Source: an uncultured Actinomycetota bacterium
GTDB taxonomy: Bacteria > Actinomycetota > Actinomycetes > Mycobacteriales > Mycobacteriaceae
Reading direction: 5' to 3'
Length of the DNA stretch: 32,000 nucleotides
Assembly: GCA_963794785.1 (NCBI GenBank)
Contig: CAWCFA010000012.1
Span: 609,285-641,284 of the forward strand
Positions 17,426 through 24,948 of this stretch are shown here, piece by piece (position 1 is the first letter of the stretch; each line of letters opens with the position of its first letter). Under the pieces are notes generated by a model, which did not search any database, had not been told where the DNA came from, and was given only the letters and a program-made list of their open reading frames with translations. The position numbers and the translations under genes are program-made.

Positions 17426-17815
17426 TCATCCATCGACGTCGACCACCGAGGTCGTGCCGTCGGGCCGGTACTCGACGATCTCGCCGTCCTCGTTGAGCGC
17501 CACCGTCGTGATGCCACGCGCTGCCAGCGCGTCACCGTAATGGGCCGCGGCCAGGGACTCCTCGATAGCGGCCGAGATCTCCGCATTGAAGACGAGCCCC
17601 TCATCCTCGGACAGCTGGTTCGTGTCCAGATTGCCGGCCAGCGCGGCCTCGACACGGCGGCGCGACGCCGTCTGATGGCTCGACACCGCCCGGCCCACCC
17701 GGGCCCAATGATCGAGTTGCTGCTTGGCCGATCGGCTCTGGCGGGCACCCTCGGCGGCGGCGCTGTCTACCAGGTCAGCGGCGACCCTGGTGACGCGGTC
17801 GGCGACGTTCGTCAT
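17426..17815 (-). CDS. Putative cognate antitoxin of the zeta-like toxin (Rv0367c-like / ParD-like N-terminal region)
   Basis: 129 aa. It lies 22 nt upstream of the toxin on the same strand. AKQQLDHWARVGRAV resembles antitoxin-like helical proteins. Confidence 0.55.
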   Translation of the reverse strand: MTNVADRVTRVAADLVDSAAAEGARQSRSAKQQLDHWARVGRAVSSHQTASRRRVEAALAGNLDTNQLSEDEGLVFNAEISAAIEESLAAAHYGDALAARGITTVALNEDGEIVEYRPDGTTSVVDVDG

Positions 17816-17836
17816 GTCCGCACCTCCTGTAGCAGG

Positions 17837-17865
17837 ATGCTACACCGTGTAACACAATGCTACAC
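17837..17865. promoter_or_regulatory. Direct 9-bp repeats ATGCTACAC (17837-17845, 17857-17865) spaced 20 bp apart in the zeta-operon leader; candidate operator
   Basis: Read directly. They lie 22-50 nt upstream of the antitoxin ATG at 17815. Confidence 0.4.
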
Positions 17866-17928
17866 GACGGTAGGCGATCTTGAATGGGATCGCAGGGGAG
17901 CAGGTTGACCGCGGACACACGCCAGAAC

Positions 17929-17950
17929 AATGTAGATCATGATCTACATT
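17929..17950. promoter_or_regulatory. Perfect 22-bp palindrome AATGTAGATCATGATCTACATT, candidate VapB operator overlapping the vapBC promoter
   Basis: Read directly. TTGACC (17905-17910) lies upstream and the palindrome ends 19 nt before the vapB ATG. Confidence 0.6.
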
Positions 17951-17968
17951 TCGGCGTACTCTGGATTT

Positions 17969-18217
17969 ATGACAGACGTCGGGATGCGAGAACTGCGACA
18001 GAATCCCGCCCCCGTTTTGCGTGAGGTTGAGGGGGGCGCCGAGGTGACGGTGGTGGTCAATGGCCGCGCCGTAGCCCGGATCGTGCCACTGGAGACGCCA
18101 GCCTGGGTGGCTGGGGATCTGGCCGGGCGGATTTACGGCACGGCCGTGGACCCCGGGTGGGAAGGCGAACTGCGGGCCGCACGCGAGGAAGACATCGTTG
18201 GCGACCCCTGGGAGTAG
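17969..18217 (+). CDS. vapB: VapB (Phd/YefM-fold) antitoxin
   Basis: MTDVGMRELRQNPAPVLREVEGGAEVTVVVNGRAVARIVP. The track ORF starts at 17939 inside the palindrome. The ATG at 17969 or 17984 is more plausible. Confidence 0.8.
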   Translation: MTDVGMRELRQNPAPVLREVEGGAEVTVVVNGRAVARIVPLETPAWVAGDLAGRIYGTAVDPGWEGELRAAREEDIVGDPWE

Positions 18218-18593
18218 ACGAGCCATCCTCGACACCAGCGTGCTGGTAGCGTCCGATGCCGACCTGTCGGGGCTGGTCTGCCAGATCAGCTCGGTGAGCT
18301 ATGCCGAGCTTCATTTCGGTGTTCAGGCCGCACAGGATGACAGCGCCCGGCTAAGTCGTCAGCACCGGTTGACACTGATCCAGTCCATCTACGGTCACGG
18401 CATCGCCTTCACTGACGACACCGCCCACCACTACGGCCTGCTGTGCGGACGCCTGCGAGCCCAAGGCCGCAGTCCGGGCGGTCGTGCCATGGATGTCATG
18501 ATTGCTGCCACCGCTTTGACCCTCGGAGTTCCCCTGGTCACCAGGAACACCGACGACGTCGACCGGCTCGGCATCGAACTATTGCAGCGTTGA
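18198..18593 (+). CDS. vapC: VapC PIN-domain ribonuclease toxin
   Basis: RAILDTSVLV (first acidic residue), ...AELHFGV..., DVMIAATALTLGVPLVTRNTDDV. The start is a TTG that overlaps the vapB end. Confidence 0.85.
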   Translation: MATPGSRRAILDTSVLVASDADLSGLVCQISSVSYAELHFGVQAAQDDSARLSRQHRLTLIQSIYGHGIAFTDDTAHHYGLLCGRLRAQGRSPGGRAMDVMIAATALTLGVPLVTRNTDDVDRLGIELLQR

Positions 18594-18773
18594 CCACCTG
18601 CCTGGACTCGATGCGCTGCCGGCTCGGCGCTTATTCCTCATTCGTCGCTGTGCGAATATTGGTCCAAGGCATCGGTGTTCGACGTGGTTGTCAATGCTCG
18701 GGTGGCGCGGTATCGGCGTGCACGATCGACGGAATGCGGCAGGACCTTCGCGGGCAAACGTCCGTCCACTGGA

Positions 18774-19604
18774 CTACCGCACATCGCCATTCGGGTGACT
18801 CCCCTGATGGAGGTTCCACTGACCGCAATCGGGGGCCAGGACATCGTTGACGTCGACTTCGAGTCCGCCGACCAGCGGGCCGGGATTGGACGCGGTGCTC
18901 ACGACGCGCTGGTAGAGAACGGCGGCGGGGTAAACCTGATTGCCGGACCAGGCTTTAGTTTGCCAGGCCCACCGGCGCCCAGTTGTGCTCGAAGACCCGA
19001 TGGCGCCATCGGCCGCGGCCCACTGGCATACATTGATGCCTCCGTAAACCCCGGTGCGTTGAACTCCAAGAATCGAGTTGATTCCGCGAAACCACTGCAG
19101 CGCGACGCGATTCCAGGTGTCGCGGTTGATGTCCTCGTCGATGGTGAAGAAAACCGGCGCACTCTGGCCGCCGCCTGCCTCGGTGTGCAGCTGCCAGGCG
19201 GTGCGCGCGTCCGCGATCCCGCCGGCGTAGCCCCGCGTAAAGTCCGACGGTGCCGTCCCACCCGGTTTGCCGTATTGGTAGTTGCTGACGATCACCAAGC
19301 CCGCGGCTTTCAGTGAGTCGGCGTAGGGCCGAGTGATCGGCTTGGCGCCAAACGATGAGCCAGGACGCGACTGCGACACGTAGTTGACCACCCCGCTATA
19401 GCCGGCAGCTCGAATCTGTTGCGCCGGAATCTGGCGCGCGGCGAAGTCGATCAGTTGAGGAGGAGCGGCGGCGGCCGCCGTGGGCGTGCCGCAGGCTATT
19501 GATGCGGCACCCAGACCGGCCAACGCAGTGGCGTAGCGCAGCGCATCGCGCCGGGAAACCGTTCGCAGTCGCACATCGCTGGCCGGCGGGGGCAAACTGT
19601 GCAT
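18774..19604 (-). CDS. Tat-secreted DUF1906 (glycoside-hydrolase-like, Rv2525c-like) protein
   Basis: Twin-arginine signal VSRRDALRYATALAGLGAAS. The body GYSGVVNYVS...VIVSNYQYGKP...PVFFTIDEDI...GVYGG resembles Rv2525c. Confidence 0.8.
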   Translation of the reverse strand: MHSLPPPASDVRLRTVSRRDALRYATALAGLGAASIACGTPTAAAAAPPQLIDFAARQIPAQQIRAAGYSGVVNYVSQSRPGSSFGAKPITRPYADSLKAAGLVIVSNYQYGKPGGTAPSDFTRGYAGGIADARTAWQLHTEAGGGQSAPVFFTIDEDINRDTWNRVALQWFRGINSILGVQRTGVYGGINVCQWAAADGAIGSSSTTGRRWAWQTKAWSGNQVYPAAVLYQRVVSTASNPGPLVGGLEVDVNDVLAPDCGQWNLHQGSHPNGDVR

Positions 19605-19838
19605 CGCGCGACTTTAACGATGTGACTGTCGGTACCGATAGACCTGCGCTAGCCGAAACGCGGTTGCGTTCCCAAATGGATACCGAGCGGTGACCGTTCG
19701 GCTATGACCTCGAAAGCCGCGTGCGAAACGACTCGGCGTGTGGTTGGAGTTTGGCGCGCGCGCGGTCGCGCGACTCGGGGGAGCGGCTTAGGCGTCGCCG
19801 CCCCCGCGCAAGCCAATTGATGTCTTGGTGTTAACCAG

Positions 19839-21533
19839 CTATCCCAGAATCGCCCGCGCCGCGCGCTCTGCGATGAGCATGACCGGCGCGTTGGTGTTGC
19901 CGGAAATGATGGTGGGCATAGCCGACGCATCGACCACTCGAAGGCCGGCGACGCGATAAACACGGCAGTCGGTGTCGAGCACCGTCGCGGTCGACCTCGG
20001 CCGCCCGCGGGGGTCGAAGCTTCCCATGGCGCAGGTGCCCACCGGGTGGAAAATAGTCGTACCGAGTTCACCGGCCGCCTTCTGCAGCTCTTCGTCGCTC
20101 ACGAGTTTCGGGCCGGGAAGCAACTCTTGCGGGCCGTAGCGGGCCAGAGCTGGCGCGGCCATGATCTGCCGAGTCATCCGGAGGCCCCGCACGGCGATTT
20201 GACGATCGACATCAGTCGACAGGTAATTGCAGAAAATCTTCGGGTTGGTCAGTGGATCTGCACTGGCCATCCGCACATGGCCACGCGAGCTGGGTCGCAA
20301 GTTACAGACCGAGGGAGTGATCGCTCCGAAGGGGTGCAGCGGTTCGCCGAACTTCGGCAGAGACAAGGGCTGCACGTGCCACTCCAGATCGGGGCTTTCC
20401 AGCGCCCGGTCGCTCTTGGCGAAAGCCCCTAGCGTCGAAGGCGGCATAGTCATGGGCCCCGATCGCAACAGCAGATATTGAAGTCCCATGCCCGCACGGC
20501 TGATCCAGTTCCGGTACAGCGTATTGACGGTCGCGGCGCCCTGCACCCGGTAGACCGTTCGAAGCTGCAGATGATCCTGGAGGTTCTCGCCCACCCCTGG
20601 CAGATCGACGACTACCGGCACTTGATGCCGGGTAAGCAGCCCAGCTGGGCCTAGACCCGAGACTTGCATCAGATGCGGCGAGCCAATAGCTCCGGCACTC
20701 AGGATCACCTCCCGGCGGGCTCGGACGTCGACGATTTGGCCATCCCTGAGCAGCCGCAGGCCGGTGACGCGTTGCTGCGCCGTGGTCCAGGCACCGCGAC
20801 GCTGATCCTCGTGGACCTGGTCGTCCATCAGCAGCCGCAACGCCTGGGTCTGGGTGTAGACGGTGAGATTCGGCCGGTGGGCGACCGGATGCAGGAAGGC
20901 ATCGGCCATCGACCATCGACGGCCACGCCGTTGGTTCACGTGAAAGTACGCGGAGCCGGCGTTGTAGCCCCGGTTGAATTCATCGATAGGGAAGATGCCC
21001 ACCTCGGCGGCGGCGGCCTGCCAGGCATCCAAGATCTTCCAGCGCACACGTGGCCGCTCTACAGCGATCTCACCACCGGCGCCGTGGCAGTCGTCAGCTC
21101 CGCCGAAGTAGTCCTCTAGCTGTTTGTAGATCGTCAGCGTCTCACCGGGATTGTCCCGGCCACCCCAACGCCAGCGCTCGTCACCGGTGGCCTGCGCCCA
21201 CAGGTCGTAATCGCTAGCCTGACCGCGCATGTGGATCATGGCGTTGATCGAAGAGCTGCCGCCGATCACACGGCCGCGCGCGTAGTGAATGCTGCGGCCG
21301 GCCAGCCCCGGGTCGGGCTCGGTCGTGAAGCACCAGTCGGTGCGGGGGTTGGCGATTGTGTACAGATAGCCCACCGGCACCTTGATCCAGAACCAGTCAT
21401 CTTTGCCGCCGGCCTCGATCAGGAGCACACGGCGATCAGGGTTGGCGCTGAGCCGATTGGCGAGCAGGCAGCCCGCGCTGCCTGCTCCCACGATGATGAA
21501 GTCGAATTCGGCGACGCGGCTCATTTCCAGCAT
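19839..21533 (-). CDS. GMC-family FAD oxidoreductase (choline dehydrogenase-like)
   Basis: 564 aa. Contains FDFIIVGAGSAGCLLANRLSANPDRRVLLIEAGG, GGSSSINAM and C-terminal HPVGTCAMG...VVDASAMPTIISGNTNAP. Confidence 0.9.
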   Translation of the reverse strand: MLEMSRVAEFDFIIVGAGSAGCLLANRLSANPDRRVLLIEAGGKDDWFWIKVPVGYLYTIANPRTDWCFTTEPDPGLAGRSIHYARGRVIGGSSSINAMIHMRGQASDYDLWAQATGDERWRWGGRDNPGETLTIYKQLEDYFGGADDCHGAGGEIAVERPRVRWKILDAWQAAAAEVGIFPIDEFNRGYNAGSAYFHVNQRRGRRWSMADAFLHPVAHRPNLTVYTQTQALRLLMDDQVHEDQRRGAWTTAQQRVTGLRLLRDGQIVDVRARREVILSAGAIGSPHLMQVSGLGPAGLLTRHQVPVVVDLPGVGENLQDHLQLRTVYRVQGAATVNTLYRNWISRAGMGLQYLLLRSGPMTMPPSTLGAFAKSDRALESPDLEWHVQPLSLPKFGEPLHPFGAITPSVCNLRPSSRGHVRMASADPLTNPKIFCNYLSTDVDRQIAVRGLRMTRQIMAAPALARYGPQELLPGPKLVSDEELQKAAGELGTTIFHPVGTCAMGSFDPRGRPRSTATVLDTDCRVYRVAGLRVVDASAMPTIISGNTNAPVMLIAERAARAILG

Positions 21534-22214
21534 CGTTCCACCCTGGCGTCGGATACGTGTCCTAGTGTGCGATGGCCGCCCGGCACGCGCACGCTCCAGT
21601 GTGTGCTGTGGCCGCCCACGGTGTCGTCTTCGTCGGGAGAGACTAAAACCTCATGGCCTGTAGTTGTCGCGAAGCTGGACGCGAGAGCAGCTGTTTCGCC
21701 GCGTGGTGGCTTACCGGTATCCCGCCATATTCCGGTTGGTCGTGTTCCACCAGTGCAGCGCTCCGGTGTCGAGGGGCGCGACTGCGCTCGCGGGCTTCCG
21801 GGTTGCGGAGTTGTGGTTGCAGCCGTTCTGTTGGTGCGAGATCGGTCGCGCCGCTGTGGAGGTTTGCTGATGCCAGTTAGGGGAGTGGTCGAATTGCTCG
21901 TGCGGTGTGACCGATTCAGGCGAACAGAAGCATAGGTATTGCCCACACGGCTACTGGATCTTGAAGTGACAGTGGACCGCTGAGTCCCCGCGTGCCAACG
22001 GCATCACCGCTTACGGTCCCGTCGCAGAGGAGTCTGAACAGCGCTGCGCCTAACGGGGCTTCCGCGGTGCCGGGGATCCGCGACTACATCGCTGGACCGC
22101 CCGATCTGCCGATCGGGCATCGCGACAAGGTGGTGATCGCCAGGCCGCCAACGGCTGGAAAGCGAGAACATTGACGCATGACGGGGCTAGGCGGAAACCG
22201 CTCTAGCCCGCATT

Positions 22215-22244
22215 TTGCATAACTCGTAAGGTATATTCTTAGTT
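22215..22244 (+). promoter_or_regulatory. Candidate leaderless promoter of the MNT gene: TTGCATAACTCGTAAGG (half-site-like) followed by TATATT 7 nt before the ATG
   Basis: TATATT at 22232-22237 with the A of the ATG at 22245. This spacing fits mycobacterial leaderless transcripts. AACTCG resembles the AACTCGCA half-site repeated downstream. Confidence 0.4.
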
Positions 22245-22829
22245 ATGAGAACTTCGGCATTGTTGCCGATCCTGCGGTCGCAGCTGCAGGGTGGGCTTCT
22301 TGCGCAGTTGTATCTGCACCCGGATGCCGAATACAGCCTCACCGAGGTGGCCAAGTACCTCGGGGCGAGCGTCACCGCGGTGCACCACGAGGTTGAGCGC
22401 TTGGTTGCCGCCGGACTCGTCGACGAGCGGCGGTACGGCAATATGCGACTGATCAGGGCCGCGCAAAGCCGGCTGGCGCGGCCGTTGACCGAGCTGCTCG
22501 CCTTGACTTACGGGCCAATTGCGGTGCTCCCAGACGAACTCGCCGCAGTCCCAGGGATCCGCCAGGCGTACCTATTTGGTTCCTGGGCGCGGCGCTACGG
22601 CGGTGAGCCGGGACCGCCGCCTGGCGACGTCGACGTCCTCGTCGTTGGAAGCACGGACCTCGACGACCTGGATGAGGCGGCCCGTCGCGTGGAGAAGATC
22701 CTGCAGCTTCCCGTGCACATCGTCCGGATCCTGCCTGAGCGGTGGGACAGCCAGGCACACGATGACGCGTTCCTCGCCGATGTGCGCAGCAAACCGCGCG
22801 TGCTTATTGCATTGCGGGACAACGAATGA
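22245..22829 (+). CDS. Winged-helix DNA-binding + minimal nucleotidyltransferase (MNT) domain protein, first gene of an MNT/HEPN-type two-gene module
   Basis: N-terminal wHTH-like SLTEVAKYLGASVTAVHHEVERLVAAGLVDERRYGN. NTase motif LFGSWARRYGG...GDVDVLVVG. ATGA overlap with the next ORF. Confidence 0.75.
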   Translation: MRTSALLPILRSQLQGGLLAQLYLHPDAEYSLTEVAKYLGASVTAVHHEVERLVAAGLVDERRYGNMRLIRAAQSRLARPLTELLALTYGPIAVLPDELAAVPGIRQAYLFGSWARRYGGEPGPPPGDVDVLVVGSTDLDDLDEAARRVEKILQLPVHIVRILPERWDSQAHDDAFLADVRSKPRVLIALRDNE

Positions 22830-23053
22830 GGTGGAATCAGGGACGCGAGAGGGTCGACTCATTGATCGCCGATACCGAAATCGAACTGGTGCACCCGGAT
22901 CGGACCGCTGCCGATCGGCTGCTCAATGAAGCCCGCGCGCACCTGAAATCGGCGGCGCAGATCGCAGACTCCGATGCGGCTGGTGCGTACACGTTGGTGT
23001 ATGACGCCGCGCGGAAGGCGTTGGCAGCGAACGGCGACGTTTACTTGACATAA
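22826..23053 (+). pseudogene. HEPN-like partner of the MNT gene, apparently 3'-truncated (75 aa; relatives as I remember them are ~130 aa)
   Basis: MRWNQGRERVDSLIADTEIELVHPDRTAADRLLNEARAHLKSAAQIADSDAAGAYTLVYDAARKALAA, then NGDVYLT*. The expected C-terminal R-x4-6-H/RN..EY region is missing. The ORF ends 25 nt before repeat unit A. Confidence 0.5.
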
Positions 23054-23077
23054 TGTCGCTTATCGGCACAAATCTAA

Positions 23078-23325
23078 TGCGAGTTGCATTAGATGCAAGG
23101 ACTCGCACCTCTGAGCGACGGCGACGTTGGCGCAGCTGACAAGCTTGGTCACCCCCTGTTCCATCCACCGGCGCCATGCCGTTCATTGACCGTCGCCGCA
23201 GTTTGAATGATTGTTGTTAGGCGACGAGGCGCTGATGCTGGTTTGCTCAGGCCCGACTGCCAAGTCCGCGGCAGCCTATACTCCGTCCGTCTGCAGCCTC
23301 CAAAAACGTCACAGTGACGAATTGT
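23078..23325 (+). repeat. Repeat unit A (~248 bp): 5' hairpin TGCGAGTTGCAT-TAG-ATGCAAGGACTCGCA, diverged interior, 3' palindrome-containing block CGTCACAGTGACGAATTGT
   Basis: The hairpin (23078-23107) has a 12-bp stem with a 3-nt bulge. The 19-mer at 23307-23325 is identical to 24762-24780. The interior aligns loosely with unit C and with the first ~65 codons of the MNT gene (e.g. GCGCAGCTGACAAGCTTGGTC vs TCGCAGCTGCAGGGTGGGCTTCTT). Confidence 0.8.
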
Positions 23326-23696
23326 TATGCCCCGCTGGGTCATTGACCGCTCCTGCGCATTCAGGAACGCGCACCGCTGCTATTCATCCGTTTCGCGACC
23401 ATCGTCGCCCAACCAGGCCTGAGCATCGCAGCCAGCACGGATGAACAGAGGCGCCTGCTTGCGGGGGCGGAATCCTACGTCAGGGCGGTGACCAAGGGAA
23501 CTTTTGGCGTCTACTGCTCCACCTGACCGATTCGGACAGTCCCGTCACCGCAACCCGCGGCTGGCGCGGATGAACCGCACGTATGGTCGACGTTTACTGG
23601 CTCTTGCCTGCGATCTGGACTGGGCGGGCTACGGCCTGGATGCACGACACCAATAAGATGATTGCCTCCGTCAGCCCGCCTCGCCGCGGGCGCAGT

Positions 23697-23745
23697 AACT
23701 CGCACCTCTCAAGCGCGCACCGATACCAGTAAACTAATGCGAGTT
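23697..23745 (+). repeat. 33-nt repeat copy B (AACTCGCACCTCTCAAGCGCGCACCGATACCAG) plus downstream complementary TGCGAGTT
   Basis: 30/33 identical to copy D. AACTCGCA (23697-23704) is the exact reverse complement of TGCGAGTT (23738-23745). Confidence 0.85.
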
Positions 23746-23777
23746 ATACTGCTTTACAATGCATTTCGTTACACCAT

Positions 23778-23806
23778 CAGCTGTTCGGCCTTTCGGGCCC
23801 AGGCTG
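23778..23806 (-). terminator. Imperfect GC-rich hairpin immediately downstream of the relE stop (no U-tract)
   Basis: CAGCTGTTCGGCCTTTCGGGCCCAGGCTG has outer CAGC/GCTG and inner GGCC/GGCC pairing. This is structural inference only. Confidence 0.3.
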
Positions 23807-23809
23807 CGG

Positions 23810-24073
23810 TCAACGCCTGTAAACGTCCGCGCGATGATCGAAACGCTGAATCAACACCAGTGAGTGATCCTCATCGATCCGGTACAACAGGCGGTACGGG
23901 CCGCGCCGGGCGCTATACAGCCCGGTCAGTTCACGCCGCAGCGGCTTGCCGACGCGGCGCGGGTCGTGCGCCAGCTCGCCGAACGCGAACTCAATCACGG
24001 CCGAGAGCACCCGCGGTGGCACCTTGTGCAGGTCACGCCGAGCGGTGCCGGTGAACCGAACCGTATAACCCAC
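23810..24073 (-). CDS. relE: RelE/ParE-superfamily mRNA interferase toxin
   Basis: Own start call at GTG 24073 inside track ORF 23810..24316: VGYTVRFTGTARRDLHKVPPRVLSAVIEFAFGELAHDPRRVGKPLRRELTGLYSARRGPYRLLYRIDEDHSLVLIQRFDHRADVYRR. It resembles M. tuberculosis RelE (Rv1246c) as remembered. Confidence 0.85.
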   Translation of the reverse strand: MGYTVRFTGTARRDLHKVPPRVLSAVIEFAFGELAHDPRRVGKPLRRELTGLYSARRGPYRLLYRIDEDHSLVLIQRFDHRADVYRR

Positions 24074-24080
24074 GGCTGCG

Positions 24081-24362
24081 TTAGTCGGCGCGCCGAGGCA
24101 CACCGAACTCGGCGCGAATTTCGTCCTCGCCGTACGTGCGCCCAGCGCCAATGTCGGCGTCGGCCTCGGCGATCGATTCCTTGATCCCGGGCTGGGAAAG
24201 CCAGTACAGCGTCTCCTGTAGCGATTCCCACTCCTCGGCGCCAACGAGCACCGCCGCCGGCGCGCCGTTCTTGGTGATCGTGATCTGATCCTGCGTTTGG
24301 GCGACCGCATCGACATACTCGTTGAGCTTGTCTTTCATCTTCGAAATCGGCATTATCCGCAT
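24081..24362 (-). CDS. relB: RelB-type (Phd/YefM-fold) antitoxin
   Basis: MPISKMKDKLNEYVDAVAQTQDQITITKNGAPAAVLVGAEEWESLQETLYWL...DEIRAEF resembles M. tuberculosis RelB/RelF. The stop lies 7 nt before the relE GTG. Confidence 0.85.
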   Translation of the reverse strand: MRIMPISKMKDKLNEYVDAVAQTQDQITITKNGAPAAVLVGAEEWESLQETLYWLSQPGIKESIAEADADIGAGRTYGEDEIRAEFGVPRRAD

Positions 24363-24373
24363 GTCACCATGTT

Positions 24374-24418
24374 AGGTCTAAATATAAGCCGGCCATAGGT
24401 CGAAATTAAGGCCTATAG
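24374..24418 (-). promoter_or_regulatory. relBE promoter/operator candidate: minus-strand TATATT plus repeated GGCCATAGG / GGCCTATAG elements (ATAGG-N13-CCTAT inverted repeat)
   Basis: Read directly in the AT-rich tract upstream of relB. Confidence 0.45.
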
Positions 24419-24488
24419 TCCTCGCGCCACTGGCCCCGAGCCATCTCGCGACGATGTGGAAACCCGGCCGCATCCGCTCCCCTGCACC

Positions 24489-24559
24489 AACTCGCACCTG
24501 TCGAGCACGCGCAGTTACCAGTTACCGCTTGCGAGTTGCATCTAGTGAAAGTGCTCGCA
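24489..24559 (+). repeat. 33-nt repeat copy C (AACTCGCACCTGTCGAGCACGCGCAGTTACCAG), then TGCGAGTTGCAT...CTCGCA hairpin (start of unit C)
   Basis: 29/33 identical to copy D. The half-sites are AACTCGCA 24489-24496, TGCGAGTT 24530-24537 and CTCGCA 24554-24559. Confidence 0.85.
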
Positions 24560-24780
24560 CCACATGATGACTGATCGATCGACGCTGCTCAGCGCGTCGT
24601 TTGGCGGTCCAGACGCCCCGGCCGAGTGGCGCATCTGTTGCCAGTACGCCGAGGTCGTCGTAGCGTTGGCAATCCCGTCGCCGGCCGCTGGCAGCGCGAC
24701 GGCGACGATGTGTTCGACCGTTGCCGCCCCTACGTCCCTCCGGCCCAGTCCGCCAATGATTCGTCACAGTGACGAATTGT
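24530..24780 (+). repeat. Repeat unit C (~251 bp): hairpin, decayed wHTH-gene head (MMTDRSTLLSASFGG...), 3' perfect palindrome TCGTCACAGTGACGA + ATTGT
   Basis: The distance from hairpin to palindrome is 232 nt, against 229 nt in unit A. ATGATGACTGATCGATCGACGCTGCTC can be compared with the MNT start ATGAGAACTTCGGCATTGTTG (S-T-L-L vs S-A-L-L with synonymous Leu codon changes). Confidence 0.8.
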
Positions 24781-24948
24781 ATTATGGCACTTAGCGATCC
24801 GCGTTTGGGTATCCTGGTCGAAACCCTGGGCTATAGCCCCCAGAGGCTGGAAGCTCACGCCCGAGCATCCGCATCCACCTACGCGCGATACGTCGCAACT
24901 CGACTTGAGTGAGGGGGTGGCTGGTTAACCAGTCGCTGGCTGGCTACG

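Noticed and set aside
23697-23732. The 33-nt repeat as the conserved 3' end of a protein gene. One frame reads NSHLSS(T/A)(H/R)(R/S)YQ, with some synonymous differences and a TAA right after it in copy B.
   Set aside because: Upstream sequences in that frame share nothing between copies, and copies C and D read on past the YQ. Three copies are too few to separate codon-like substitution from chance.
23697-24537. The repeats as integron attC sites, with the TA modules as integron cassettes
   Set aside because: No IntI-type integrase or attI is visible. The repeats lack RYYYAAC/GTTRRRY core sites. relBE is inverted relative to the repeats. I keep only the weaker idea of recombination or integration scars.
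24897-24915. AACTCGACTTGAGTGAGGG as a true additional copy of the 33-nt repeat at the ctpE 3' end
   Set aside because: Only the first 7-8 nt and a scattered few others match. I mention it as a weak candidate only; statistical support is needed.
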